Shown one piece after another: positions 55,520 to 64,000 of a stretch of DNA of 64,000 bases. The translations under genes were made by a program, and so were the position numbers. Within the stretch, counting starts at the first letter, position 1. Every line of letters begins with the position of its first letter. Source of the DNA: Candidatus Rariloculus sp. (GTDB lineage: Bacteria > Pseudomonadota > Gammaproteobacteria > Steroidobacterales > Rariloculaceae); the NCBI RefSeq assembly GCF_965263005.1, contig NZ_OZ253579.1, positions 1,155,668-1,219,667 on the forward strand, given 5' to 3'. The notes beneath the pieces are model-generated. The model was not told the origin of the DNA. It worked only from the letters and a program-made list of their open reading frames with translations, and did no database searches.

Positions 55520-57421
55520 ATGCCGTTGCTCGCGGAGGTTTTCGGTCCGGGCGGTAGCCTGTCGGCCCGCTTGCCCGGGTATACATACCGGGAAGCACAA
55601 CAGCGAATGGCCGAGCTCGTCCGTCAGGCGATAGACGACGGCAGGCACGCCGCGCTCGAAGCCGGGACCGGCATCGGCAAGACTTACGCCTATCTCGTAC
55701 CCGTACTGCTGTCCGGCCGTCGGGTGATCATCTCCACGGGCACGCGGACGTTGCAGGACCAATTGTTCAGCCGCGATTTGCCGTCACTGGGAGCCGTGCT
55801 CGGACGGCCGGTCGAAGTGGCGCTGCTCAAGGGCCGGAGCAATTACCTGTGTTGGCAGCGGTGCGAAACAGCGCGTCTGGACGGCCGCAACATGTTGTCG
55901 GCTGGCATGCTCGAGACGCTGTCGGCCTGGGGCCAATCGAGCGTGAGCGGCGACTTGGCCGAGCTCGACGAGCTGGCCGGCGAGCACGCGCTGCGCGGCC
56001 TGATCACCTCGACCGCCGACAACTGCCTCGGCAGCCGATGTCAGTTCCTCGACCGGTGCTTCGTCGCCGATGCGAGGCGCAAGGCGCTGGCTGCCCAGGT
56101 CGTCATCGTGAATCACCATCTGCTGCTTGCGGACCTCGCGCTCAAGGAAGCCGGTTTCGGCGATCTGCTGCCCGGCGCCGACGTGATCGTCGTCGACGAG
56201 GCGCACCAGTTCCCTGACGTCGCGCAGCGCGTCTTCGGGGTATCGATTACCAGCCGGGAGCTTGAATCGTTACTGCGTGACGTCGTGCGCGAAGGGAACG
56301 CCGCCGGCGTCGGCGGGCAGGCCGGTGACGCGGTGTCAGCACTTTCGAACGAGCTCGCCGAAGCGCGCATCGGCGCGGCCGGGGCGCCGGGGCGCTACGC
56401 CTGGGAGGCTGGGCCGCAAAAACTCGTGAGCTCGCTGGCGGGAGTGCGGCGGGCGTTGGCCGAGGCCGGCCAGGCGCTCGAGGTCATCGAATCGGCCACC
56501 GCGGGACTCGGCCGCTGCCGTGAGCGCTGCGAGGAAGTGTTGCGCCGGCTGGACACAGTCACGGCAGACGCTTCTACCGATGGGCTGCGCTGGCTTGAAA
56601 CGTCGGCGAAGTCCTTCGCCGTGCACTGGACGCCGCTCGACATTGGAGCTGCCCTCGCCGAGCGTGTTGCCGATCAGGCAGGCGTCTGGGTCTTTACGTC
56701 GGCAACACTCGCGGTCGGTGACGATTTCACGCATTTTCTTGCACACGTCGGGATCGACGATGCGCTCACGAGCACGCTGCCGAGCCCGTTCGACTATGCG
56801 GCAAACGGGCGGATTTACCTGCCGCGGGGATTGCCCGAACCCGGCGAGCCCGACCACGTCGCGGCACTCATGGAGGATGTCTGGCCGCTCATTGAAGCCG
56901 CGGGCGGCGGGGCGTTTCTCCTATTTACGAGCTATCGCGCACTCAACCTCGCGCGGGACTGGCTGGAGCCACGTTCGGCCCCCGGGCCGGTCCTGGTCCA
57001 GGGCGCCGGCTCGCGCAGCCAGCAGCTCGAGCAGTTTCGCGCTGCAGGCAATGCGCTGCTGCTCGGCACGAACAGCTTTTGGCAGGGAGTGGACGTGCGC
57101 GGCCGCGCATTGCGCATCGTCGTGATCGACAAGCTGCCGTTCGCAGCGCCCAACGATCCGTTGATCCAGGCCCGGATCGAAGCGGTCCGCCGCAATGGTG
57201 GGGATCCGTTCACCGAATTCCAGTTGCCCCAGGCCTTGCTCGCGCTCAAACAGGGCGCCGGTCGACTGATTCGCGATTTCGATGACCGCGGGCTCATCGT
57301 ACTCGGCGATCCGAGGCTGAGGACCCGATCGTACGGCCGCGCGTTTCTCGACAGCATGCCGCCGATGCCGTTGCTCGAGGATCGGGAATCTGCGCTCGAG
57401 TTTGCCGGGAGCCTGCGCTAG
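55520..57421 (+). CDS. ATP-dependent DNA helicase, DinG/YoaA (Rad3-like, Fe-S) family
   Basis: ORF 55388..57421 was trimmed to MPLLAEVF. Walker A is EAGTGIGKT and the DEAH box is VVDEAHQF. Cys residues are spaced as in the Fe-S cluster domain (CWQRC...C...C). The C-terminal helicase motifs are TSATL and QGxGRLIR. Confidence 0.85.
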   Translation: MPLLAEVFGPGGSLSARLPGYTYREAQQRMAELVRQAIDDGRHAALEAGTGIGKTYAYLVPVLLSGRRVIISTGTRTLQDQLFSRDLPSLGAVLGRPVEVALLKGRSNYLCWQRCETARLDGRNMLSAGMLETLSAWGQSSVSGDLAELDELAGEHALRGLITSTADNCLGSRCQFLDRCFVADARRKALAAQVVIVNHHLLLADLALKEAGFGDLLPGADVIVVDEAHQFPDVAQRVFGVSITSRELESLLRDVVREGNAAGVGGQAGDAVSALSNELAEARIGAAGAPGRYAWEAGPQKLVSSLAGVRRALAEAGQALEVIESATAGLGRCRERCEEVLRRLDTVTADASTDGLRWLETSAKSFAVHWTPLDIGAALAERVADQAGVWVFTSATLAVGDDFTHFLAHVGIDDALTSTLPSPFDYAANGRIYLPRGLPEPGEPDHVAALMEDVWPLIEAAGGGAFLLFTSYRALNLARDWLEPRSAPGPVLVQGAGSRSQQLEQFRAAGNALLLGTNSFWQGVDVRGRALRIVVIDKLPFAAPNDPLIQARIEAVRRNGGDPFTEFQLPQALLALKQGAGRLIRDFDDRGLIVLGDPRLRTRSYGRAFLDSMPPMPLLEDRESALEFAGSLR

Positions 57422-57464
57422 TGTCCTGTCCCGCAACCAGCATCGCATACAGAGTGAGCGGAAC

Positions 57465-57579
57465 GCGTCAGTACAAGGCGCGCTCCGCGGGCAGCATCGG
57501 GCATATTCGAGCGACGAACGGCACAGTCAGCCAGGATGCATCGTCGATCGAATGCAGCGGAGCTTTCGCCACGGGCCGC
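57465..57579 (-). repeat. Partial, degenerate MITE/REP-like element, copy G
   Basis: ACAAGGCGCG...CATATTCGAGCGACGAACGGCACAGTCAGCCAGGATGCATCG...ATGCAGCGGAGCTTTCGCCACGGGCCGCT aligns with the right half of copy A. Weaker similarity may extend left to about 57420. Confidence 0.65.
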
Positions 57580-57632
57580 TAAACGGCCGATCCGCTGCTT
57601 TCGCGTTCGGAACAAAGCACAATGTCGCTCTG

Positions 57633-58307
57633 ATGAAGCTGCTTGCGATCGAAACTTCGAGCGCCGTGGGCTCGCTCGCACTACTTGACGGCTCGGCCAT
57701 TTCGGAACGGTCGATCGCGACGCCGCGCGAGCAGTCCGACCGCGTGCTGCCGATGGCCGAGGAATTGTTCGCGGATGCCGGATTGTCGCTGGAGTCGCTC
57801 GACGCGATTGTATTCGGCCGCGGTCCGGGCTCGTTCAGCGGCATCCGAATGGCCGCGGCGGTCGCGCAAGGCCTGGCGCTGTCACGTTCGTTGCCCGTCA
57901 TTGCAGTATCGAGCCTGGCCGCGGCGGCGCAGCGCGCCTGGCGGGAGCACGGGGCCACCCGCTCGCTCGTGTGTGTCGATGCGCGGATGGGCGAGGTCTA
58001 CTGGGCTCGGTTCGGCATCGAGAACGGCCTGGCTGAGATCGATGGATCCGAGCGGCTCGGCGCGCCGCTGACCGTGGCCTGCCCGCCGGGCGAGCCCTGG
58101 AGCGCCGTCGGCAACGGCTTTACGGAATATCGGACCGAGCTTGAGAATCTGCTCGCTCAGGCCGCGGCCGTGCTCGGCGAGTGTCCGCCGACGGCCCGTG
58201 ACCTTTTGCCACGGGCCGAGCGCGACTGCGCGGCTGGGCGGTTCTGCCCTCCGGCATCGGCGCTACCCGTGTATCTGCGCGACGAGGGCGCGTGGCGCCG
58301 ACAATGA
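57633..58307 (+). CDS. tsaB: tRNA N6-threonylcarbamoyladenosine biosynthesis protein TsaB
   Basis: ORF 57402..58307 was trimmed to MKLLAIETSSAVGSLALL. The sequence GRGPGSFSGIRMAAAVAQGLA is the TsaB/YeaZ signature. Confidence 0.85.
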   Translation: MKLLAIETSSAVGSLALLDGSAISERSIATPREQSDRVLPMAEELFADAGLSLESLDAIVFGRGPGSFSGIRMAAAVAQGLALSRSLPVIAVSSLAAAAQRAWREHGATRSLVCVDARMGEVYWARFGIENGLAEIDGSERLGAPLTVACPPGEPWSAVGNGFTEYRTELENLLAQAAAVLGECPPTARDLLPRAERDCAAGRFCPPASALPVYLRDEGAWRRQ

Positions 58308-58537
58308 AGTACATGATCGGCGTTGCCGCATCGCCAGACACTTGCGATCGTCAGATTTGCTGCATCCTTTCGCGGAACCGAACAGGCAGAGCCGCTTTTC
58401 GGCTGTGCCCGCCGCGATAGCGCGACGCTCACGTTGTGTGCCGCTCCCGGGAAATCGAGCCTCCGGGAAGGTCGGTCCGGTTCATCGACGCCATCCGTTC
58501 AGCTCCCGCGACACGGGGCAAATCCGATCCTGCGCCA

Positions 58538-58572
58538 GCTTCACTAAACTGTAATAATGTCGGTCTTAAATG
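58538..58572 (+). promoter_or_regulatory. candidate Pho box plus -10 element upstream of phoB
   Basis: GCTTCAC-TAAA-CTGTAAT-AATG-TCGGTCT-TAAATG follows the 7-4-7-4-7 phasing of the E. coli phoB promoter (TTTTCAT-AAAT-CTGTCAT-AAAT-CTGACGC-ATAATG). The ATG is at 58602 after the SD GGAGTAAGG. Confidence 0.45.
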
Positions 58573-58601
58573 GGGGGACCGAGGTCTGATGGAGTAAGGC
58601 T

Positions 58602-59294
58602 ATGTCCCAAAAAACAGTGCTCGTGGTGGAAGACGAACGGCCGATACGCGATATGCTGGCGTTCAATCTGGGCCGCGCCGGGTACGAGGTGCAAGCGGTC
58701 GATGACGGCCGTGAGGCGCGCGCCGCCATTGCCAACAGATGCCCCGACGTGGTCCTGATGGACTGGATGCTGCCGGACGTCAGCGGCCTGGAGTTCACTA
58801 GACAGCTGAAGCGCGATCCCCGCACGCGCGAAATACCGGTAATCATGGTCACGGCGCTCGCCGACGAGGACGACCGGGTCACGGGACTCGATGCCGGCGC
58901 CGACGACTACATCGTCAAGCCGTTCTCGCAGCGGGAGTTGCTCGCACGAATTCGAGCGGCGCTGCGTCGCGGGACCGTCTCGGCCGACGAAGTGGTCACG
59001 GTCGGCCAGCTCAAGCTCAACTCAGCGAGCCTTCAGGTGACCGTGGGCGAGGAGATCATCCCATTGAGTCGAACCGAATACCGGCTGCTCGAGTTCTTCA
59101 TGCGCCATCCCGGCCGCGTCTATAGCCGCTCGCAGCTTCTCGATAGCGTATGGGGCGGCAACGTGTACGTCGAGGAGCGCACCGTCGACGTGCACATCAG
59201 GCGGCTGCGCAAGGCACTGACGCCGTCCGGCTACGACAAGCTGATCCGTACCTCGCGCGGCGCAGGCTATTGCTTCTCGCCCAGAGAGGTCTGA
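58602..59294 (+). CDS. phoB: phosphate regulon response regulator PhoB
   Basis: The receiver domain contains VLVVEDERPIRDML...DVVLMDWMLPDVSG...VIMVTA. The OmpR-type wHTH contains RTVDVHIRRLRKAL...IRTSRGAGY. Confidence 0.95.
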   Translation: MSQKTVLVVEDERPIRDMLAFNLGRAGYEVQAVDDGREARAAIANRCPDVVLMDWMLPDVSGLEFTRQLKRDPRTREIPVIMVTALADEDDRVTGLDAGADDYIVKPFSQRELLARIRAALRRGTVSADEVVTVGQLKLNSASLQVTVGEEIIPLSRTEYRLLEFFMRHPGRVYSRSQLLDSVWGGNVYVEERTVDVHIRRLRKALTPSGYDKLIRTSRGAGYCFSPREV

Positions 59295-59296
59295 CA

Positions 59297-60610
59297 TTGC
59301 CGCGAAGGTGGGCGAAACAAATCGCGCTACTGGCTGCCTGGATCGCGGCCGCCGCGCTGCTCGGCCTGTGGTTCGGCGCGCCCGCCTGGTGGTTGAGCGC
59401 CGCACTCGCGCTTTACGTCGCTCATACTCTGCGCCACCTCTATCTGCTCGATCGGGTGCTCGAAGGCGGCAAGCACGTTCCGCCGTTCGCAACGCGGGGA
59501 CTTTGGGCGGAGATTCTTGCCCGCGTCGACACGCTCAGGACCAAATCGAGAAACCGCAAGAAGAAGTTTCACCGCGTGCTCAAGGAGATCCGGGAAAGCA
59601 CGGGCGCGCTCAGGGACGGCGGCGTGATCCTCAATGCCGACAACGAGATCGTCTGGTTCAACCCGGCCGCCACCTGGCTGCTCGGTCTCGACCCGCGTAC
59701 CGATATCGGCCGCAGGATCGACAACCTGATCAGGTATCCGGAATTCGTCCGCTACCTTGCAGAGCCCGGCGGCGAGAGCATCACGATACCTTCGCCGAAA
59801 GTCGAATCCGGCTGGATCGCCGTGCAGCTCATCCCCTACGGGCGTAACCAGCGTATCGCGATCGTTCGCAACGCCACTCGCGAGATCACGCTCGAAAGGA
59901 CGCGCCGCGACTTCGTCGCTAACGCATCGCACGAGTTGCGTTCGCCGTTGACGGTGATCAGCGGCTATCTCGATACGCTTGCGGACGACGACGATTTGCC
60001 GGAGAGCTGGCAAGTGCCGATCACCGAGATGCTGCGTCAGGCGGACCGCATGACCCAGATTCTCCGTGACCTCATGGAGCTGGTGCGCCTCGAATCCGCT
60101 GAAAGCAACGCCGGTCATGACTTCGTTGACGTCTGCGCGATGCTCGATCGCATGGTCAGGGAATTCGACTCGGCGAGCGCCGAGCATCCGACGCTGAGTC
60201 TGAGCTTCGAGACCGATGCCGCCTTGCTTGGCAACGAGTCGGAGCTGCACTCGATCTTTTTCAATCTGCTTCACAACGCGGTGCGGTTCACGCCGGCATC
60301 CGGCAGTGTCGAAGTCGTTTGGCGCGCCGACGGCCAGGGCGGGGAGCTTAAAGTGACCGACACGGGTATCGGCATTCCCGAAGAAGAGATACCGCGGATC
60401 ACCGAGCGCTTCTATCGTGTCGACCCGGGCCGTTCGAGAGCCAAGGGCGGCACCGGACTTGGACTTGCGATCGTCAAGCACGCTTTGCAGCGGCACAATG
60501 GCACGCTCGAGATCAGCAGTGTCGAGGGTGAAGGGAGCGCGTTCCGCTGTCTATTCGCACCGCAACGGCTCGTTTTTCGCGGAGGTCGTGCCGAAGCTGC
60601 CGTATCATGA
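59297..60610 (+). CDS. phoR: phosphate regulon sensor histidine kinase PhoR
   Basis: ORF 59150..60610 was trimmed to the TTG 3 nt after the phoB stop. It has two N-terminal TMs and a PAS domain. The H-box is FVANASHELRSPLT, followed by the N and G boxes (LLHNAVRFT, DTGIGI, GGTGLGLAIVKH). Confidence 0.9.
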   Translation: MPRRWAKQIALLAAWIAAAALLGLWFGAPAWWLSAALALYVAHTLRHLYLLDRVLEGGKHVPPFATRGLWAEILARVDTLRTKSRNRKKKFHRVLKEIRESTGALRDGGVILNADNEIVWFNPAATWLLGLDPRTDIGRRIDNLIRYPEFVRYLAEPGGESITIPSPKVESGWIAVQLIPYGRNQRIAIVRNATREITLERTRRDFVANASHELRSPLTVISGYLDTLADDDDLPESWQVPITEMLRQADRMTQILRDLMELVRLESAESNAGHDFVDVCAMLDRMVREFDSASAEHPTLSLSFETDAALLGNESELHSIFFNLLHNAVRFTPASGSVEVVWRADGQGGELKVTDTGIGIPEEEIPRITERFYRVDPGRSRAKGGTGLGLAIVKHALQRHNGTLEISSVEGEGSAFRCLFAPQRLVFRGGRAEAAVS

Positions 60611-60640
60611 TCCGGCCGATTGGAGTCGGGGAGAGGCTCG

Positions 60641-61381
60641 ATGGAAGTTGAAGATCTCAGCCAACACATTTCACGCCGTTTCAATGAGGATATCGAAAGC
60701 CTCCAACACTCGGTGCTGGCGATGGGCGGGCTCGTCGAAGCGCAATTTGACCGCGCGATCAAGGCGCTCAGGGACAGAGACAGCGAGCTCGGCCTGCAGG
60801 TCGCGCAGGATGACATCGAGGTCAACCGCATGGAAGTCAGCATCGACGAGGATTGCAGCCGTATCCTCGCGACTCGCTCCCCGGCGGCGGGCGATCTTCG
60901 GCTGATTGTCGCGATCATCAAGACGATCACGGATCTTGAGCGTATCGGCGACGAAGCCGAGAAGATCGGTGCTCTCGCGGCCCGGCTGGCCGGCGTCGAG
61001 CGGCCGTCGACGAATCATCGCGAATTGAGGAATCTGGCGGGGCACGTCAAGCAGATGATCCGTGGAACGCTGGATGCGTTCGCGAGGCTCGATGCGACGG
61101 GCGCGCTCGACGTCGTCAAGGCCGACGAAATCGTCGACGAGGAATATGAATCGATCTATCGGCAGGCGATCACATTCATGATGGAGGACCCGCGCACGAT
61201 TTCGCGTTCCATGGACTCGATGTGGATGGCGCGCTCGCTCGAGCGGATCGGCGATCACGCGAAAAACATCTGCGAGTACGTGATCTTCATGGTGCACGGC
61301 AAGGATATTCGTCACACGAGCGTCGAAACCATCGAAGCCGAGGTCAGGCAAGCAACGCAACAATCGGAGGCATCGTCTTGA
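60641..61381 (+). CDS. phoU: phosphate signalling complex protein PhoU
   Basis: The ATG follows the SD GGGGAGAGG. There are two PhoU repeats with the motifs DLERIGDEAEKI and SLERIGDHAKNI. Confidence 0.9.
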   Translation: MEVEDLSQHISRRFNEDIESLQHSVLAMGGLVEAQFDRAIKALRDRDSELGLQVAQDDIEVNRMEVSIDEDCSRILATRSPAAGDLRLIVAIIKTITDLERIGDEAEKIGALAARLAGVERPSTNHRELRNLAGHVKQMIRGTLDAFARLDATGALDVVKADEIVDEEYESIYRQAITFMMEDPRTISRSMDSMWMARSLERIGDHAKNICEYVIFMVHGKDIRHTSVETIEAEVRQATQQSEASS

Positions 61382-61881
61382 TCAGAACGCGCGGCCAACG
61401 CCGCCTGTTGAACCTTGCCGGCACCGGTATGGTCGTCGGTCTCATGGCTTATGCGCTTTTTGCGCAATACGTCCTCGGTCTCGACGCATGTCCGCTGTGC
61501 ATATTCCAGCGCGTCGCGCTGATCGGCGTCGGTATCGTGATGCTCGCCGCCGGGCTCCATGGCCCGGCCGGCAAGTCGGCCCGCGTGTACGGATCGCTCG
61601 GCCTCGCAGTCGCGGCCGTCGGCGCGGCAATCGCGATACGCCACGTCTATCTGCAGAATTTGCCGCCCGAGGCCGTGCCGGCCTGCGGTCCCGGGCTCGA
61701 CTACATTCTTGACGCCTTTCCGTTGTTCGACGCGGTGCGGATGGTCTTCACGGGCTCAGGGGAGTGTGCCGAGATCAACTGGTCGTTTCTCGGCCTGAGC
61801 ATGCCGGCCTGGGTGCTCGTGTGGTTCGTGGCGCTCGGCGGGCTGAGCATCGCAGCGAACTGGGCGCAGGTGCGCCGGTAG
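61378..61881 (+). CDS. dsbB: disulfide bond formation protein DsbB
   Basis: ORF 61222..61881 was trimmed to the TTG overlapping the phoU stop (TTGA). The first periplasmic loop has the CxxC pair (DACPLCIFQR), a second Cys pair follows (PACGP...GECAE), and there are four TM helices. The exact start is uncertain. Confidence 0.8.
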   Translation: MIRTRGQRRLLNLAGTGMVVGLMAYALFAQYVLGLDACPLCIFQRVALIGVGIVMLAAGLHGPAGKSARVYGSLGLAVAAVGAAIAIRHVYLQNLPPEAVPACGPGLDYILDAFPLFDAVRMVFTGSGECAEINWSFLGLSMPAWVLVWFVALGGLSIAANWAQVRR

Positions 61882-61884
61882 GCG

Positions 61885-63012
61885 TTATTCGAGCAGCAGC
61901 AGCTCGGCGATCCTGAAGTAAATCCTCTCCAGCGCGAGGATGTCGGCGACGAGGACTTCCTCGTTGACCTTGTGAATCGTGCTGTTGACGGGGCCGATCT
62001 CGACGACCTCGATCCCGTAAGGCGCAATGAAGCGGCCGTCCGATGTGCCTCCGCCCGTGGACAGCTCCGCGGCAATCCCCGTCTCTTCCCTGACCGCGCG
62101 CACGACCGCTTCTGTCAGTCGTCCTTTCGTGGTCAAAAACGGTTCTCCGGCGAGCCGCCAACTCAGCTCATAGTCCAGTCCGAGCGCGTCGAGCGTGCTT
62201 TCGACGCGTGCGGCGAGAGTATGCCGATCCCACTGCGTGTTGTAGCGAAGATTGAAGCGGCAGTTGAGTTCGGCCGGGATGACGTTCGGCGCACCTGCGT
62301 CGCTCGTCACGTTGACCATCTGAAACGTCGTCGGCGGAAACCGGGCGTTGCCCTCGTCGATCGGTTCCGCGGTCATCGCCTGCACGAATCGGGCGAGAGC
62401 GTGTATCGCGTTTTCGGATCGAGGCGGATACGCCACGTGGCCCAGATCGCCCTTGATCGCCAATAGCCCCGACAGGCTGCCGCGGCGGCCGACGCGGACA
62501 GTGTCGCCGAGGCGCTCGCCGCTCGACGGCTCGCCGACGATGCAGTAGTCGAAGAGCTCGTCGCGGCGTTTTAGCGCCTCCATGACCTTGACGGTGCCGT
62601 CCTCGGCCGGCCCTTCCTCGTCGCTCGTCAAAAGCACGCCTATCGACCCCGGATGCTCCGGATACGCGGCAGCGAATCGCTGGCAGGCCCTGACCATGGC
62701 CGCCAGACTGCCCTTCATGTCGGCCGCGCCGCGCGCGTAGAGTGTTCCCTCAGCCACGGTGGCCTCGAACGGATCGCTGTGCCATTGCTCGCGCGGACCC
62801 GGCGGCACGACGTCGGTGTGGCCCGCGAAGACGACGACAGGCCCCGCATCGCCGCGCCGCGCCCAGAGGTTGTCGACGTCGCCAAACCGCATATGCTCGG
62901 TGCGAAAGCCCGATTGGCCAAGCAGCGCCGCGAGCAGCGCCTGACATCCAGCGTCGTCGGGTGTGATCGACCGCCGCCGGATCAACTCGCTTGTCAGTTC
63001 GAGAAGGTCCAT
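61885..63012 (-). CDS. dapE: succinyl-diaminopimelate desuccinylase
   Basis: LTSELIRRRSITPDDAGCQ, VVFAGHTDVVPPG, LLTSDEEG and GGTSDGRF are DapE/M20 blocks. The length is 375 aa. Confidence 0.9.
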   Translation of the reverse strand: MDLLELTSELIRRRSITPDDAGCQALLAALLGQSGFRTEHMRFGDVDNLWARRGDAGPVVVFAGHTDVVPPGPREQWHSDPFEATVAEGTLYARGAADMKGSLAAMVRACQRFAAAYPEHPGSIGVLLTSDEEGPAEDGTVKVMEALKRRDELFDYCIVGEPSSGERLGDTVRVGRRGSLSGLLAIKGDLGHVAYPPRSENAIHALARFVQAMTAEPIDEGNARFPPTTFQMVNVTSDAGAPNVIPAELNCRFNLRYNTQWDRHTLAARVESTLDALGLDYELSWRLAGEPFLTTKGRLTEAVVRAVREETGIAAELSTGGGTSDGRFIAPYGIEVVEIGPVNSTIHKVNEEVLVADILALERIYFRIAELLLLE

Positions 63013-63115
63013 GAGGGCACTGTCAGAGACGCCCGGTATTTTCTATTTAACATATTGTTTTTCATCTACAAAATGTCTTTCTTCGGGTCCGGCGGGGCTT
63101 CTTGCGGGCTCGCTG

Positions 63116-63137
63116 CTGTAATAAACTCGTAACATTC
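63116..63137 (+). promoter_or_regulatory. candidate Pho box upstream of pstS
   Basis: CTGTAAT-AAAC-TCGTAAC-ATTC compares with the E. coli pstS box CTGTCAT-AAAA-CTGTCAT-ATTC. It shares the CTGTAATAA core with the phoB-upstream site and lies about 80 bp upstream of the pstS ATG. Confidence 0.4.
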
Positions 63138-63213
63138 AGCGGCTACGCTAGCAAGCTGCTATGTTAACCCGCCACGACCGCCACGAAGTCCGAGGAACAA
63201 GGACGGAGGATCC

Positions 63214-64000
63214 ATGAGAATTCAGTTCATGACCGCAATCGGAGCGCGTCGAGGCGCTTGTCAAGCTGCCGGCGCGATGCTGTTTACAACGATGTTCCTG
63301 GGTGCCGGATATGCCTCCGCGCAAGCGGCGCGTGACTATATCAGTATTGTCGGATCGTCGACCGTCTACCCGTTTTCAACCGTCGTCGCTGAGCAGTTCG
63401 GCGATTCGACGCCGTTCAAGACCCCGAAGATCGAGTCGACGGGCAGCGGAGGCGGCTTCAAGCTGTTCTGCAACGGCATCGGCGTCGAGCATCCCGACAT
63501 CACCAACGCGTCGCGCAGGATCGTGGCGTCGGAAGTGCGTGCGTGCGCTGAAAACGGGGTCGACGACATAGTCGAAGTCAAGATCGGCTACGACGGCATC
63601 GTGATCGCCAACTCCAAAACCGGCCCTGAGTTTGACCTGACTCTGCGGGAAGTTTTCCTCGCGCTTGCGAAAAACGTTCCGGATCCTGCCGGCACGGGTA
63701 AGCTCGTGCCGAACCCCTACCGGCAGTGGGCGGACATCAATCCCGATCTTGTGGCCGTCGACATTGAGGTGCTCGGTCCGCCGCCGACCTCGGGGACCCG
63801 CGATGCCTTTCTTGAGATTGCGATGGAGGGCGGCTGCCAGACGTTCCCGACGATCGCGACGCTTGATGACCTCGAGTACGTCAGAACCTGTCACACGATT
63901 CGAGAGGACGGCGCCTATGTCGAAGCCGGCGAGAACGATAACCTGATCGTGCAGAAACTCGAGGCCAATTCCGACGCATTCGGGATCTTCGGTTACAGTT
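63214..64000 (+). CDS. pstS: phosphate ABC transporter substrate-binding protein PstS family, N-terminal about 262 codons (open to the window end)
   Basis: This gene is not in the ORF track because no stop is reached. The ATG follows the SD GGACGGAGGA. The translation is MRIQFMTAIGARRGACQAAGAMLFTTMFLGAGYASAQAARDYISIVGSSTVYPFSTVVAEQFG...KIESTGSGGGFKLFC...GPPPTSGTRDAF, which is the PstS/PBP-2 pattern, preceded by a signal peptide. Confidence 0.8.
   Translation, partial: MRIQFMTAIGARRGACQAAGAMLFTTMFLGAGYASAQAARDYISIVGSSTVYPFSTVVAEQFGDSTPFKTPKIESTGSGGGFKLFCNGIGVEHPDITNASRRIVASEVRACAENGVDDIVEVKIGYDGIVIANSKTGPEFDLTLREVFLALAKNVPDPAGTGKLVPNPYRQWADINPDLVAVDIEVLGPPPTSGTRDAFLEIAMEGGCQTFPTIATLDDLEYVRTCHTIREDGAYVEAGENDNLIVQKLEANSDAFGIFGYS

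Noticed and set aside
58201-58215. TTTTGCCACGGGC inside tsaB, and CCCGTGGCAGAAGTCC at about 8116-8131 inside the VWA gene, both resembling the repeat-element terminus.
   Set aside because: Both lie within well-supported coding sequence that aligns with the expected protein pattern, and there is no adjoining element body. They are treated as chance GC-rich matches.
61222-61377. The upstream part of ORF 61222..61881, which overlaps phoU in another frame.
   Set aside because: This part of the translation is Arg-rich and overlaps the well-supported phoU gene. DsbB-like sequence (TM1 and the CxxC loop) begins only after the TTG at 61378.

Overview
This is a high-GC, gammaproteobacterium-like chromosomal segment that is densely coding on both strands. 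All family assignments below come from reading motifs by eye; no database search was run.

Housekeeping blocks:
- pdxA (partial), surA and lptD, with murU divergent from lptD
- maiA and ugd
- tRNA-Val, gltX, tRNA-Ala and tRNA-Glu
- a MobA-like gene, then a translationally coupled chain of DegT aminotransferase, FGase-like, GCS2 ligase and dusA
- GTP-PEPCK, a YoaA/DinG-like helicase and tsaB
- phoB, phoR and phoU, then dsbB, dapE and pstS (partial, runs off the 3' edge and is absent from the ORF track)

Less ordinary content:
1. A 13-kb, eight-gene plus-strand operon (6814-20094) is built around one MoxR AAA+ ATPase, a DUF58 protein and three DxSxS (MIDAS) VWA proteins. It also encodes a secreted legumain/C13-fold protein whose nucleophile position is Ser rather than Cys, a TPR-HExxH protein and a 1241-aa membrane/coiled-coil protein with poly-Gly and QQG repeats. 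A DUF4159 gene and a small ORF are transcribed divergently from it.
2. A family of about 160-195 bp palindromic MITE/REP-like elements has at least 5 full and 2-3 partial copies. One sits inside the MoxR operon, and one supplies the stop codon of murU.
3. A 1.9-kb islet lies downstream of tRNA-Glu, bounded by a 31-bp degenerate copy of the tRNA 3' end. It carries a transposase remnant, a LysR regulator and a SnoaL-like gene.
4. A rearrangement scar joins a truncated PIN-like (DUF5615) gene to a truncated integrase N-terminus, next to an intact DUF433 gene.
5. Several transporter and oxidoreductase clusters of unclear substrate are present: a ThrC-like gene coupled to an SLC13 permease, an orphan EboE-like TIM-barrel cluster, and an ABC ATPase plus adaptor without a permease.

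I saw no CRISPR array, rRNA, intact transposase or intact integrase. Many long ORFs in the supplied track are antisense shadow ORFs, or N-terminal over-extensions typical of high-GC DNA.
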